Of a stretch of DNA of 64,000 nt, positions 31,921-40,523 are shown one piece after another. A program made the translations under genes and the position numbers. Below the pieces are notes generated by a model. The model was not told the origin of the DNA, did no database searches, and worked only from the letters and a program-made list of their open reading frames with translations. The first letter of the stretch is position 1. Every line of letters starts with the position of its first letter. The DNA is from an uncultured Candidatus Rokubacteria bacterium (GTDB taxonomy: Bacteria > Methylomirabilota > Methylomirabilia > Rokubacteriales > DASRDR01). Where the stretch lies: assembly GCA_963708025.1 (NCBI GenBank), contig CAVPSB010000025.1, positions 288,001-352,000 on the forward strand, given 5' to 3'.

Positions 31921-33495
31921 ATGTCCGTGGTCGCCGGCTTCGACGGCCCGATCCGCTACGAAGAGCTGCCGGAGCAGTTCAACATCGTCCCGTGCCTGAT
32001 CGACCGCCACGTCGCGGAGGGGCGCGGCCAGCACCCGGCCATCGTCACCCCGGACCGCACGATCAGCTACGCGGGGCTCGACGCCGGCGTGGCCCGGGCG
32101 GCCCGCCTCCTCGAGCGGCTGGGGGTGCAGCGGGAGCAGCGGGTGGCGCTCCTCCTCCGGGACTCCCCCGAGTTCGCCTACGTCTTCTTCGGCGCGATGA
32201 AGGCGGGCATGGTCCCGGTGCCGCTGTCCACGCTGGGGACGCCGGACGAGTGCGAGTACGCGCTCCGGGACAGCCGGGCGGTGGCGCTCGTCACCGACGC
32301 GGCCGGCTACCCGCGGGTCGAGCCGGTGTGGCCGAAGGTGCCCTCCCTGCGCTGTTGCCTGGTGACCGGCGAGGCGCCGCCCGGCACGCTGGCCCTCGAC
32401 CCGGCCCTCGCGGCCGAGCCGGCCGGCTACGACCCGGCGCCCACCCACCGGGACGACATGGCCTACTGGCTCTACTCCTCGGGCACCACCGGGCGCCCGA
32501 AGGCAATCGTCCACCTCCACCACGACATGCTCTTCTGCGTGGAGCCCTACGTGCGGCACGTCCTCGCCCTCACCCCGCAAGACCGCACGTTCGCCGTCCC
32601 CCGCCTCTTCTTCTCGTATGGCCTCACCTCGTGCCTCTACCTGCCGCTGGCGGTCGGCGCCTCGACGGTGCTGGTGGCCGAGCGGCCCGATCCGGCCGGC
32701 GTCTTCGAGCTGTGCGCCAGGCTCCGGCCGACCGTCTTCTTCTCGGTCCCGACGTCCTTCGCCGCCCTGTTGCGCCAGGCCGAGGTCACCCCGCCCGATC
32801 TCTCCTCGCTCCGGCTGTGCGTGTCCGCCGGGGAGCCGCTGCCGGCGCCGCTCCACGAGCGCTGGGTGGCCCGGACGGACATCGAGTGCCTGGACGGGCT
32901 CGGCGCCACCGAGGTCGGCTACATCTTCGTCTCGAACCGCCCGGGCGCGGTGCGGCCCGGCTCGTCCGGCCAGCTCCTGCCCGGCTACCGCGCCCGGGTC
33001 GTGGACGCGGACGGCCGCGAGCTGCCGCCGGGGGCGGTGGGCGACCTCTGGGTGTCCGGCGAGTCGCTGGCCGCCGGCTACTGGAACAAGCACGAGAAGA
33101 CGAAGGCCGCGTTCGTCGGCGAGTGGTACCGGACCGGCGACCAGTACGTGGTCAACGCCGACGGCTACTACGTCTACCAGGGTCGCGCCGACGACCTCCT
33201 GCGGGTCGCCGGCAACTGGGTCTCGCCGCTCGAGGTGGAGTCGTGCCTGCTGGAGCATCCGGCGGTCGCCGAGTGCGCGGTGGTCGGGAGCCGGGACGCC
33301 GACGGGCTGGAGAAGCCCCGGGCCTTCGTCGTCCTCCAGCCCGGGACTCCGGGCAACGGACTCGAGGAGGCCCTGCGCGCCCACGCCCGGGCGCGGCTTC
33401 AATCGTTCAAGGCGCCGCGGTGGATCACGGTGGTCGCCGATCTGCCGAAGACGGCGACCGGTAAGGTGCAGCGCTACCGCCTCCGCACGGACTAG
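31921..33495 (+). CDS. Benzoate-CoA ligase family protein
   Basis: YWLYSSGTTGRPK, LFFSYGL, SAGEPLP, DGLGATE and LPKTATGKVQR motifs. Confidence 0.9.
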   Translation: MSVVAGFDGPIRYEELPEQFNIVPCLIDRHVAEGRGQHPAIVTPDRTISYAGLDAGVARAARLLERLGVQREQRVALLLRDSPEFAYVFFGAMKAGMVPVPLSTLGTPDECEYALRDSRAVALVTDAAGYPRVEPVWPKVPSLRCCLVTGEAPPGTLALDPALAAEPAGYDPAPTHRDDMAYWLYSSGTTGRPKAIVHLHHDMLFCVEPYVRHVLALTPQDRTFAVPRLFFSYGLTSCLYLPLAVGASTVLVAERPDPAGVFELCARLRPTVFFSVPTSFAALLRQAEVTPPDLSSLRLCVSAGEPLPAPLHERWVARTDIECLDGLGATEVGYIFVSNRPGAVRPGSSGQLLPGYRARVVDADGRELPPGAVGDLWVSGESLAAGYWNKHEKTKAAFVGEWYRTGDQYVVNADGYYVYQGRADDLLRVAGNWVSPLEVESCLLEHPAVAECAVVGSRDADGLEKPRAFVVLQPGTPGNGLEEALRAHARARLQSFKAPRWITVVADLPKTATGKVQRYRLRTD

Positions 33496-33599
33496 TGCCG
33501 TTCCAACTTGTTCCAGCTAGTGCTTTTCGGGGAATGCGGCAAGTCCGTGCTTCAAGAATTGGTTGCCTATTTTGGCTCATGTAGTTGGAACGGCACTAG
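33492..33599. mobile_element. 108-bp MITE / IS remnant with perfect 17-bp terminal inverted repeats
   Basis: CTAGTGCCGTTCCAACT (33492-33508) and AGTTGGAACGGCACTAG (33583-33599); AT-richer interior; overlaps the ligase TAG stop. Confidence 0.8.
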
Positions 33600-33648
33600 C
33601 ACCGCGGCCATCGCGGCCACCCCCCTGTCTCCTGTATAGTGTCCCGTG

Positions 33649-33849
33649 ATGAAGGTCATCCTGCGCAACCAGGGGAAGGAAGTCGAGTTGGCCGGCCGGC
33701 GGCGCGTCAAGGAACTGCTGGCGGAGCTCGGCCTCCTGCCCGAGACGGTGCTGGTGATCCGCGGCCGGGAGCTCCTGACCATCGACGAGGTCGTCCGCGA
33801 GGACGACGTGATCGAGCTGCGCCCGGTGATCTCTGGAGGCGGCCCGTGA
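33649..33849 (+). CDS. ttuB: Ubiquitin-like sulfur carrier (ThiS/MoaD family, TtuB-like)
   Basis: 66-aa beta-grasp-like protein ending VISGGGP; GTGA overlap with ttuA. Confidence 0.75.
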   Translation: MKVILRNQGKEVELAGRRRVKELLAELGLLPETVLVIRGRELLTIDEVVREDDVIELRPVISGGGP

Positions 33850-34844
33850 AGTGCCGGAAGTGCGGCGGCCGCGCGGTCCTGGAGCTGCGCCGCCACAACA
33901 CCGCGTTCTGCGCCGACGACTTTCTCGGCTTCTTCCGGAACCAGGTCCTGGAGACCATTCGCCGCTGGAAGATGCTCACGCGAGACGAGCCGGTGCTGGT
34001 CGCCGTCTCCGGGGGCAAGGACTCCCTCGCGCTCTGGGAGGTCCTGCTGGAGGCCGGCTACACGACGACGGGCCTCTACATCGACCTGGGGATCTTCGAC
34101 TACTCGAAGGAGTCGAAGGCCCGCTGTGAGGCCTTCGCGACGGCGCGCGGCGCCCGGCTCCTGGTGGTGGCGGTAGCCGACGAGATCGGGGCCGGCATCC
34201 CGCAGGTCAAGGCCGTGACGCGCCGGCCGACCTGCTCCGCCTGTGGCCTGTCCAAGCGCTACATCATGAACCGGGCGGCCCTCGACCACGGCTTCCCGGT
34301 GGTCGCCACCGGCCACAACCTGGACGACGAGGCGGCGACGCTCTTCGGCTCGACCCTGCGCTGGGACGAGTCCTCGCTGGCCCGGCAGACGCCGGTGCTG
34401 GCGGCGACTCACGCCAAGCTCGTCCGGCGGGTCAAGCCCCTCTTCCGGCTGAGCGAGCGGGAGACCGCCGCCTACGCGTTTCTCCGGGGGATCGACTACA
34501 TCGTCGAGGAGTGCCCCTTTGCGAAGGGCGCCACCTCGATCGCGCACAAGGAGATCCTCAACCGGCTCGAGGACGTCTCGCCGGGCGCCAAGGCGAGCTT
34601 CCTCGTGAACTACCTCGAGCGGGCCCGGCCGCGCTTCCAGGCCGGCGAGGCGGTCGAGCTGCGCGAGTGCGTCCGCTGCGGCCAGGCGACCACCGGCGAG
34701 GTGTGCGCGTTCTGCAAGCTGGCGGACCAGGTCCGGCGCGGCGGCAGCGCCCGGGCCCCGGACGGGCCGGAGCCCACTGACGACGCCGGACTGCGCGGCT
34801 TCGTCTCCGATCTGGACGCTGCGTCCGAGATCCACGCCTCCTGA
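33846..34844 (+). CDS. ttuA: tRNA 2-thiolation enzyme TtuA/Ncs6 family
   Basis: KCRKC N-terminal Zn finger, PP-loop SGGKDS, CSACGLSKR, TGHNLDDE, ECPF and C-terminal CVRC..CAFC. Confidence 0.88.
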   Translation: MKCRKCGGRAVLELRRHNTAFCADDFLGFFRNQVLETIRRWKMLTRDEPVLVAVSGGKDSLALWEVLLEAGYTTTGLYIDLGIFDYSKESKARCEAFATARGARLLVVAVADEIGAGIPQVKAVTRRPTCSACGLSKRYIMNRAALDHGFPVVATGHNLDDEAATLFGSTLRWDESSLARQTPVLAATHAKLVRRVKPLFRLSERETAAYAFLRGIDYIVEECPFAKGATSIAHKEILNRLEDVSPGAKASFLVNYLERARPRFQAGEAVELRECVRCGQATTGEVCAFCKLADQVRRGGSARAPDGPEPTDDAGLRGFVSDLDAASEIHAS

Positions 34845-34861
34845 CCGGCGGACCCCGACCC

Positions 34862-35671
34862 ATGACGAACCCCACCCCGCCAGCGGACGCCGACCAGGTC
34901 ATCTTCATCGGCTCCGGCGGCGGCCGGATGACGACGGCCAGCCAGGCCCGGGCGACCGGCGGGCTGTGGATCGTCCTCGACGGCGTCCGCCTCCACGTCG
35001 ACCCGGGCCCCGGCGCCCTGGTTCACGTGCGAGGCCGCGCGCTCGCCCTCGATCCCGCCCGGCTCGACGCGATCGTCCTCACCCACAAGCACCTCGACCA
35101 CTCCGGCGACGTCAACGCGATGATCGAGGCCATGACCGAAGGGGGGACCCGGCCGCGCGGCCGGGTGCTGGCGCCACGCGACGCCTACGAGGACGATCCG
35201 GTGATCCTCCAGTACGTCCGGAAGTACGCGGGGGAGACGGGCATCCTCGAGGCCGGGGGCCGCTATCTCCTCGGGGACGTGGTGCTGGAGACCCCGCTCC
35301 GGCTCCGGCATCCCGTCGAGACCTACGGGCTCCGGCTGACCGGGCGCCGGCACACGATCGGCCTCATCGCCTGCACCGGCTACTTCCCGGAGCTGGAGAC
35401 AGAATTCCGCACGGACCTCCTGATCCTCAACGTGGTCTTCCGCAACCCCCGCGACGAGATCCACCTCGCCATGCCCGACGCTCGGCGGCTCGTCGCCGCC
35501 ATCCGGCCGCGGCTCGCCGTCCTCACGCACTTCGGGCTGACGATGGTACGGGCCCGGCCCTGGGAGCTGGCCGACGCCCTCACGCAGGAGACCGGGGTGC
35601 GTGTGGTCGCCGCCCGCGACCACTGGCGCCTCCTCCTCGACGAAGCCCTGGGCACCCCGGACTCGCCGTGA
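34862..35671 (+). CDS. MBL-fold metallo-hydrolase
   Basis: FIGSGGGR, VDPGPG, THKHLDHSGD and LTHFG motifs. Confidence 0.88.
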   Translation: MTNPTPPADADQVIFIGSGGGRMTTASQARATGGLWIVLDGVRLHVDPGPGALVHVRGRALALDPARLDAIVLTHKHLDHSGDVNAMIEAMTEGGTRPRGRVLAPRDAYEDDPVILQYVRKYAGETGILEAGGRYLLGDVVLETPLRLRHPVETYGLRLTGRRHTIGLIACTGYFPELETEFRTDLLILNVVFRNPRDEIHLAMPDARRLVAAIRPRLAVLTHFGLTMVRARPWELADALTQETGVRVVAARDHWRLLLDEALGTPDSP

Positions 35672-35933
35672 CGGCGGGGCCCTGCCGGAGGCACACCTCC
35701 GGTACCGGGCCGACCCTGATCGCCGCCTCTTCTGCGATCAGTACGCAACCAGGGCGACCGATCGTGAGCGGCATCAGCCCGGCAGCGCCGTGCCGACATC
35801 GGGCGGACCGGAGGTGTGCTGGAAGAGAGCCTGGCGCGCCGGCTCGCTGCGTCCGAGCTCGGCGAGGGCGTCGGCGATCCGCTCGGGGTCAACGTCCGGA
35901 ACGTCCTTCACGTGGCGATCGAGAGCGCGCCGG

Positions 35934-36701
35934 TCAGCGGATTCGCTTGATGTACCCGCTCGGCCAGTGCGTCACCGGCGTCCGCACCCGGCCCTCGTTG
36001 AACAGGAATCCGGGGGGATCGATGATGAACTGCGGATGCTGGGCGACGAACTCGAGCGCGGCTTGCCTGGGGTTGTTCCAGGCCCAGTCCGGCTGGCTGC
36101 GCGGCGCGCCGACGAGGTCCTCCATGATGCCGTCCATCACCACGATGTAGGAGCCTGAAGAGACCAGCGGCGCGTACGCGTGAAGCTCGGCGAGCACGTG
36201 GGCCTTGTCATGAGCCGAGTCGAGGGCCACGAAGACGTGGTCCGTCGGGGCGATGTGGCGTTTCACCTCATCGAACACCTGGGGATGGATCGAGCTGCCC
36301 TCGATCAGGGTCACGTAGGACCCGAGCGGGTGGGCTTCGATCGCGGCTCGATTGTGGGGGCGGATCTCGATGTCCACACCGATGACCCGCCCCTTCCCCA
36401 GGAGCTTGCAGAGGCTCGCGTAGAAGATCAGGCTGCCGCCGTGGGCGATACCGGTTTCGACGATGACGTCGGGCTGGACGGTGAACAACAGCTCTTGGAG
36501 CCGCACGATGTCCTCAGGCAGCTGGATGATGGGACGCCCGAGCCACGTGAAGCTGTAGACGTGCTTGACGTCCCAGCCGACGCGCAGCCAGGCCTTGGAG
36601 ACCAAGTCGAAGGCCTCCGGTTCTTCAAACCTGAGCACTCGCGGTCCCTGCTCGTCGGTGACCGTGAGGACGCCGGCGCCGGTGTCGATGGTGATGATCA
36701 T
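35934..36701 (-). CDS. CmcI (cephalosporin hydroxylase-like) methyltransferase family
   Basis: FTWLGRPIIQLPED, IVETGIAHGGS, VIGVDIEIR and LDSAH motifs. Confidence 0.88.
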   Translation of the reverse strand: MIITIDTGAGVLTVTDEQGPRVLRFEEPEAFDLVSKAWLRVGWDVKHVYSFTWLGRPIIQLPEDIVRLQELLFTVQPDVIVETGIAHGGSLIFYASLCKLLGKGRVIGVDIEIRPHNRAAIEAHPLGSYVTLIEGSSIHPQVFDEVKRHIAPTDHVFVALDSAHDKAHVLAELHAYAPLVSSGSYIVVMDGIMEDLVGAPRSQPDWAWNNPRQAALEFVAQHPQFIIDPPGFLFNEGRVRTPVTHWPSGYIKRIR

Positions 36702-36748
36702 CCACCGATACGTGGAACGATCGTGGTGCGTGGGTCGGTGGAAGTGTA

Positions 36749-37577
36749 TCACGGCGAGCCCGCCGGCCCGGGCGACGGGCCGGCGCCGAGCGCGGCGCCG
36801 AGGGCCTGCGCGTCCGGGACGACGCGGTGCCGGCCGCTCGACGCGGCCGCGGAGGTTCAGCTCGTGGGCCGGGAACCCCGCGACGTCGGCGCCGGCCCGG
36901 CGCGCGACCTCCTCCGAGATCACGAGCTGGCAGTCGTACTCCTTGGTCAGGCCCTCGAGCCGGCTCGCCACGTGCACGGTGTCGCCGACCGCGGTCAGGT
37001 ACACGGCCTCGGCGTACCCCATCCGGCCCACCACCGCCGGCCCGGCGTGGATCCCGATCCCGATCCGGAGCGGCTCCCCCAGCTCCTCGGCCAGGTCCCG
37101 GCTCAGCTCCGCGACGCTGCGGGCGATCTGGCCGGCGCCGACCAGCGCCTGGCGGCAGCCCGCCTCCGGCCCGGTCTCGACGCCGAAGAGCGCCATCACC
37201 CCGTCCCCGGTGAACTGGTTGGTGATGCCGCCCGCGCGGGCGACGGCGCTCCCGATGACCTCGAAGTAGCGGTTCAGGATGAAGACGACGTCGTAGGGCA
37301 GCTTGCGCTCGGCCAGCCGCGTGAAGGCGCGGAGGTCCGCGAACAGCACCGCGATGTCCTGCTCCCGCGCCGCCTGGGCGTGGGCTGGCCGGAGCGCTTC
37401 CGGTGCCGAGACAGTCCGGACCCGAGGCGCAGCCGCGTGACCCACACCGCCCGGGAGGCGCCACCGGTCGGGCGGGGTACATCCGGCGGCATCAGATCGG
37501 AACCTCCCGCCTACCCCCCCAACCCCCCTCCCCCGCCCACCGGGGGGGAGGGGGGGCCGGAGGGCCGATTCGTTCAC
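36749..37577 (-). CDS. Class III adenylate/guanylate cyclase, catalytic domain only (frameshift near 36830; start uncertain)
   Basis: VLFADLRAFT..LPYDVVFILNRYF, FTGDGVMALFG, GIGIHAG and TAVGDTVHVASRLE motifs. Confidence 0.8.
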
Positions 37578-37587
37578 ACGCTCCTCA
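37492..37587 (-). repeat. Repeat family A, copy A4 (starts at the HAD gene TGA)
   Basis: Reverse strand reads TGAGGAGCGTGTGAACGAATCGGCCCTCCGG-C-tract..GGGGGAGGGGGGTTGGGGGGGTAGGCGGGAGGTTCCGATCTGA. Confidence 0.85.
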
Positions 37588-38214
37588 GGGCGGGCGGACC
37601 CCCAGCTCGGCGAGCAGGGCGGCCAGGTCGTGGCCATGGTCGATCCGGAAGAGGACCGCCGCCATCCCGACGTCCCGCGCCGCCTGCACGTTCGGCTCGT
37701 GGTCGTCCACGAAGACGCAGGCGGCCGGCTCGAGGCCGAGCTGCTCGGCCGTCAGCCGGTAGATGGCCGGGTCGGGCTTGGCGAGCCCGACCTCGGCCGA
37801 GCAGACCACCGTGTGGAAGAGGTCGTGGATGCCGAGGCCGTCGCGCAGCCGGCCGCGCAGGCTGGCGTCGGCGTTCGACAGGATCGCCGTGCGGTAGGAC
37901 GGCCGGAGCGCGCGGGCCAGCGCCACGTTCGCGACGATCGGGCCCTGGGCCGCCCGCCAGGCGTCGTGCAGCCGGGGCAGTGACCGGCCGGCCCGCGTCT
38001 CCAGGAGCCCGTGGGCCTCGTCGAGCCAGGCCTGGCGGTCGCCCCGCCCACACTCGAGCGCCTTCCAGGTCGGGGTCCGGTAGAGCGTCTCGAAGAGCGC
38101 GTTCCGCGGGAGCCGGTGGGTCTCCTCGATCTCGCGGGCGGCGTCCCAGCGCATGTCGTGGAGGACGCCGCCGAAGTCGAACAGGACGCCCCGGATCGCG
38201 CCCGGCGGGGTCAC
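37585..38214 (-). CDS. HAD-superfamily hydrolase
   Basis: VLFDFGGVL, ILSNAD, AKPDPAIY and FVDDHEPNV motifs. Confidence 0.9.
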   Translation of the reverse strand: MTPPGAIRGVLFDFGGVLHDMRWDAAREIEETHRLPRNALFETLYRTPTWKALECGRGDRQAWLDEAHGLLETRAGRSLPRLHDAWRAAQGPIVANVALARALRPSYRTAILSNADASLRGRLRDGLGIHDLFHTVVCSAEVGLAKPDPAIYRLTAEQLGLEPAACVFVDDHEPNVQAARDVGMAAVLFRIDHGHDLAALLAELGVRPP

Positions 38215-38627
38215 GGTCGGATCACCTCGGCCCGCGGGGCGATGCGGATCAGCACGCTCGTCTGCGCCGCCAGCCCCTTCCGGATGCGACGACCCATCCA
38301 CAGCGGGACGAGGAGCCAGTATTTCTTGCGGTAGGCGGCGAGCAAGGCGGCCTCCAGGTCCGGGCGATCGTCGACCCACTCGGCGCGCCCCTCGAGGGCC
38401 GGCCCGTCCTTTCGCCCGACGTGGACGGTGACGCGCCCGTCGTTCCGGATGCGCCGCGCCTTCAGGCTGGCCCTCTGCGTGGTGAAGTAGACCGCGCCGT
38501 CGTGGAGCCAGAGCCACACGGGGACGGTCCCCGGCGTCCCGGCCCGGCTGTAGGTCGTCAGGTACATGTACCGGGCGGCGCGCAGAGCCGACTCCAGACC
38601 GGGCGCCAGGGACGCCAGGGAAGCCAC
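38211..38627 (-). CDS. Pyridoxamine 5'-phosphate oxidase (PPOX) family protein
   Basis: YMYLTTYSRAG..VPVW..YFTT..SLKARRIRNDGRV. Confidence 0.8.
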   Translation of the reverse strand: MASLASLAPGLESALRAARYMYLTTYSRAGTPGTVPVWLWLHDGAVYFTTQRASLKARRIRNDGRVTVHVGRKDGPALEGRAEWVDDRPDLEAALLAAYRKKYWLLVPLWMGRRIRKGLAAQTSVLIRIAPRAEVIRP

Positions 38628-38666
38628 GCCAGCGAGCTTATCAGACTTCCTCGTCCGTTCGTCCGG

Positions 38667-38824
38667 TGAGAGCGTGTGAAAGGAATGGCGTCCTCCGACT
38701 CCCCCCTCCCCCCAGTGGCCGCCGGAGGGACGGGACGGCGCGAGGGCCGCAGGCCCGAGCCGTCCCGGCGATCCGGTCAAGACGGAGGGGGGCTGGGGGG
38801 GTGGGCGGGAGGTCCCGAACTGAG
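38667..38824 (+). repeat. Repeat family A, copy A5 (with nested internal modules)
   Basis: TGAGAGCGTGTGAAAGGAATGG..CCGACTCCCCCCTCCCCCC..[GGAGGGACGGGAC, GGCCGCAGGCC]..GGAGGGGGGCTGGGGGGGTGGGCGGGAGGTCCCGAACTGAG. Confidence 0.85.
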
Positions 38825-38825
38825 G

Positions 38826-39377
38826 TCAGCCGCGGGGGCGTTCGCCGAGGAGCGACCGGAGGAGCGCGCGCCCGTCGGGGCCCGTCCACGGTCGCGGGCC
38901 GATGGCCCGGGCCCGCAACGTCCCGTCCCGGCCGACGAGGTAGACGATCGGCGTGGCGCGCACGGCGTAGGCGGACGACACCTCGCGGTCGGCGTCGAGC
39001 AGGACCCGGGCGGTGTACCCGCGGCTCTTCACGGCGCGCTCGACGATCGCGCGGTCCTCGGCGAGGTCGATGAGGAGGACGGTCAGCCCGTCACGATCCA
39101 GGTCCTGGGCCAGCGCGTTGATCGAGGGCAACTCCCTCGTGCAGTGCGGTCACCACGTGGCCCAGAAGTAGAGGAGAACGACCCGGCCGCGAAAGGCCTC
39201 GAGGCCCACCGGGCGTCCCGCGAGATCGGGCAGCGTGAAGCGCGGGGCCTCGACGCGCACGCTCGGGCGCTCCAGCTCGAGCGCCTGCCAGAGATCGGGG
39301 CCCTCCCCACGGGCGGTCGCCGCCGCCAGGAGGCCGATCAGGACCAGCGCGGCCGGCCCGCGCCACGGGCGCCTCAC
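38826..39377 (-). CDS. TlpA/ResA-like thioredoxin-fold probable selenoprotein (UxxC; in-frame TGA at 39150-39152)
   Basis: APRFTLPDLAG..GRVVLLYFWATW-TGA-PHCTRELP..YAVRATPIVYLVGRDG, all in one frame. Confidence 0.85.
39123..39149 (-). promoter_or_regulatory. Putative bacterial SECIS element
   Basis: After UGA: CCGCACUGCA-CGAGGG-AGUUG-CCCUCG; the loop starts 16 nt after UGA and has G at loop position 2. Confidence 0.65.
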
Positions 39378-40261
39378 GGCGAGACCCCGGGTGTCCCGCC
39401 GGTGGCCTCGTCGCGGACGCGCTGGAGCGCGCTGGCTTCGAACTCGCCGAGCGACAGGCCGAAGGCCTGCTGGAAGTGGCCGAACCGATCGTCGGAGCGG
39501 GCGAAGGCGCGGAAGTAGTCCACGAGCCGATCGAATCCCCGGCGCTGGATCAGGTCGTCCGTGAGGAGGAACGCCAGGCGGTAGGTGAGCCGATCGCCCG
39601 AGCGGAGATGGCGCGTCTCCCACCCGCGCGGCTGCCCCAGCGCGACCAGGTCGAGCGGGTCGTCGCGGAGGCGGGGCAGCTCCCCGGCCACCACCCGCAG
39701 GGCCTCCTCCCGCTCGTGACGGAACGTGGCGACGCCCAACCGCTGCAGCACCTGACTCGCGACCCAGTCGGCCATGCCTTCCCGCAGCCACTGCTCGGAC
39801 TGGCCGCGCCGCCCTCCGGCGAGCTGGTACTGGACGACGTGGGTCAGCTCGTGGGCCAGCACGCCGAGCCACGCGCGCGGGGCCCGGTCCCCCAGCGCGG
39901 CCTCGTTGATGAACAGCCGCCGGTGCTGCCCCAGCCCGGCCGAGTAGCTGGAGATCTCGCGGGCCCGGGCGGCCGGGATGCCACCCACGTCGGTGAGACC
40001 GTGGGCGTACGCCTCCCGGAACGGGTAGACGAAGAGGGTGACCGTGGACGGGAGCGGCAGCCCGAGGTCCCGCGCCATCACCGCCGAGATGGCCCGGACC
40101 GCCGCCGGGTAGTCGGTGAGCGGGCCGATCCGGGCCGGGTCCTCGAGCGCGCCCGGATCGAGGCGGACGGGCAGGACGCGGGGGTCCGCGACGCAGCCCG
40201 CCACGAGCAGGGCGAGGGCCACGAGCGGCGCGGCGATGGCGGTCCGGAGACGCTGGGGCAT
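39374..40261 (-). CDS. Lipoprotein with HExxH zinc-peptidase (MA-like) motif
   Basis: Lipobox LVAGC; LAHELTHVVQ..WLREGMAD. Confidence 0.8.
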   Translation of the reverse strand: MPQRLRTAIAAPLVALALLVAGCVADPRVLPVRLDPGALEDPARIGPLTDYPAAVRAISAVMARDLGLPLPSTVTLFVYPFREAYAHGLTDVGGIPAARAREISSYSAGLGQHRRLFINEAALGDRAPRAWLGVLAHELTHVVQYQLAGGRRGQSEQWLREGMADWVASQVLQRLGVATFRHEREEALRVVAGELPRLRDDPLDLVALGQPRGWETRHLRSGDRLTYRLAFLLTDDLIQRRGFDRLVDYFRAFARSDDRFGHFQQAFGLSLGEFEASALQRVRDEATGGTPGVSP

Positions 40262-40523
40262 GTCCTGGTCGGGTCCGATGCCGGACTGAGACACCATACC
40301 GTATGGCCCCGGGAAACGCGACCCTCTCGTTCTCGCCCGCTCCCTCCGCCCGCCCACCGGGAGCCTTTGAAGTGGGGGCGGGGCCGAGGAGCGAGCAGCG
40401 CTAGGACGCAGGCGACCGAGATGAACGTTGCGACGCTCATCGGCCCCACCCCCTGAGTTGCGGGCGGGGCGGCCCGCCGGTATAGTGAGGCCGATCGATC
40501 CTCGGGCCGCAGGAGGCCACGCC

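Noticed and set aside
35934-37637. Cyclase-CmcI fusion ORF (567 aa)
   Set aside because: A frame shift near 36830 gives a natural cyclase end (RVVPDAQAL..*, stop 36749), and CmcI has its own ATG at 36701
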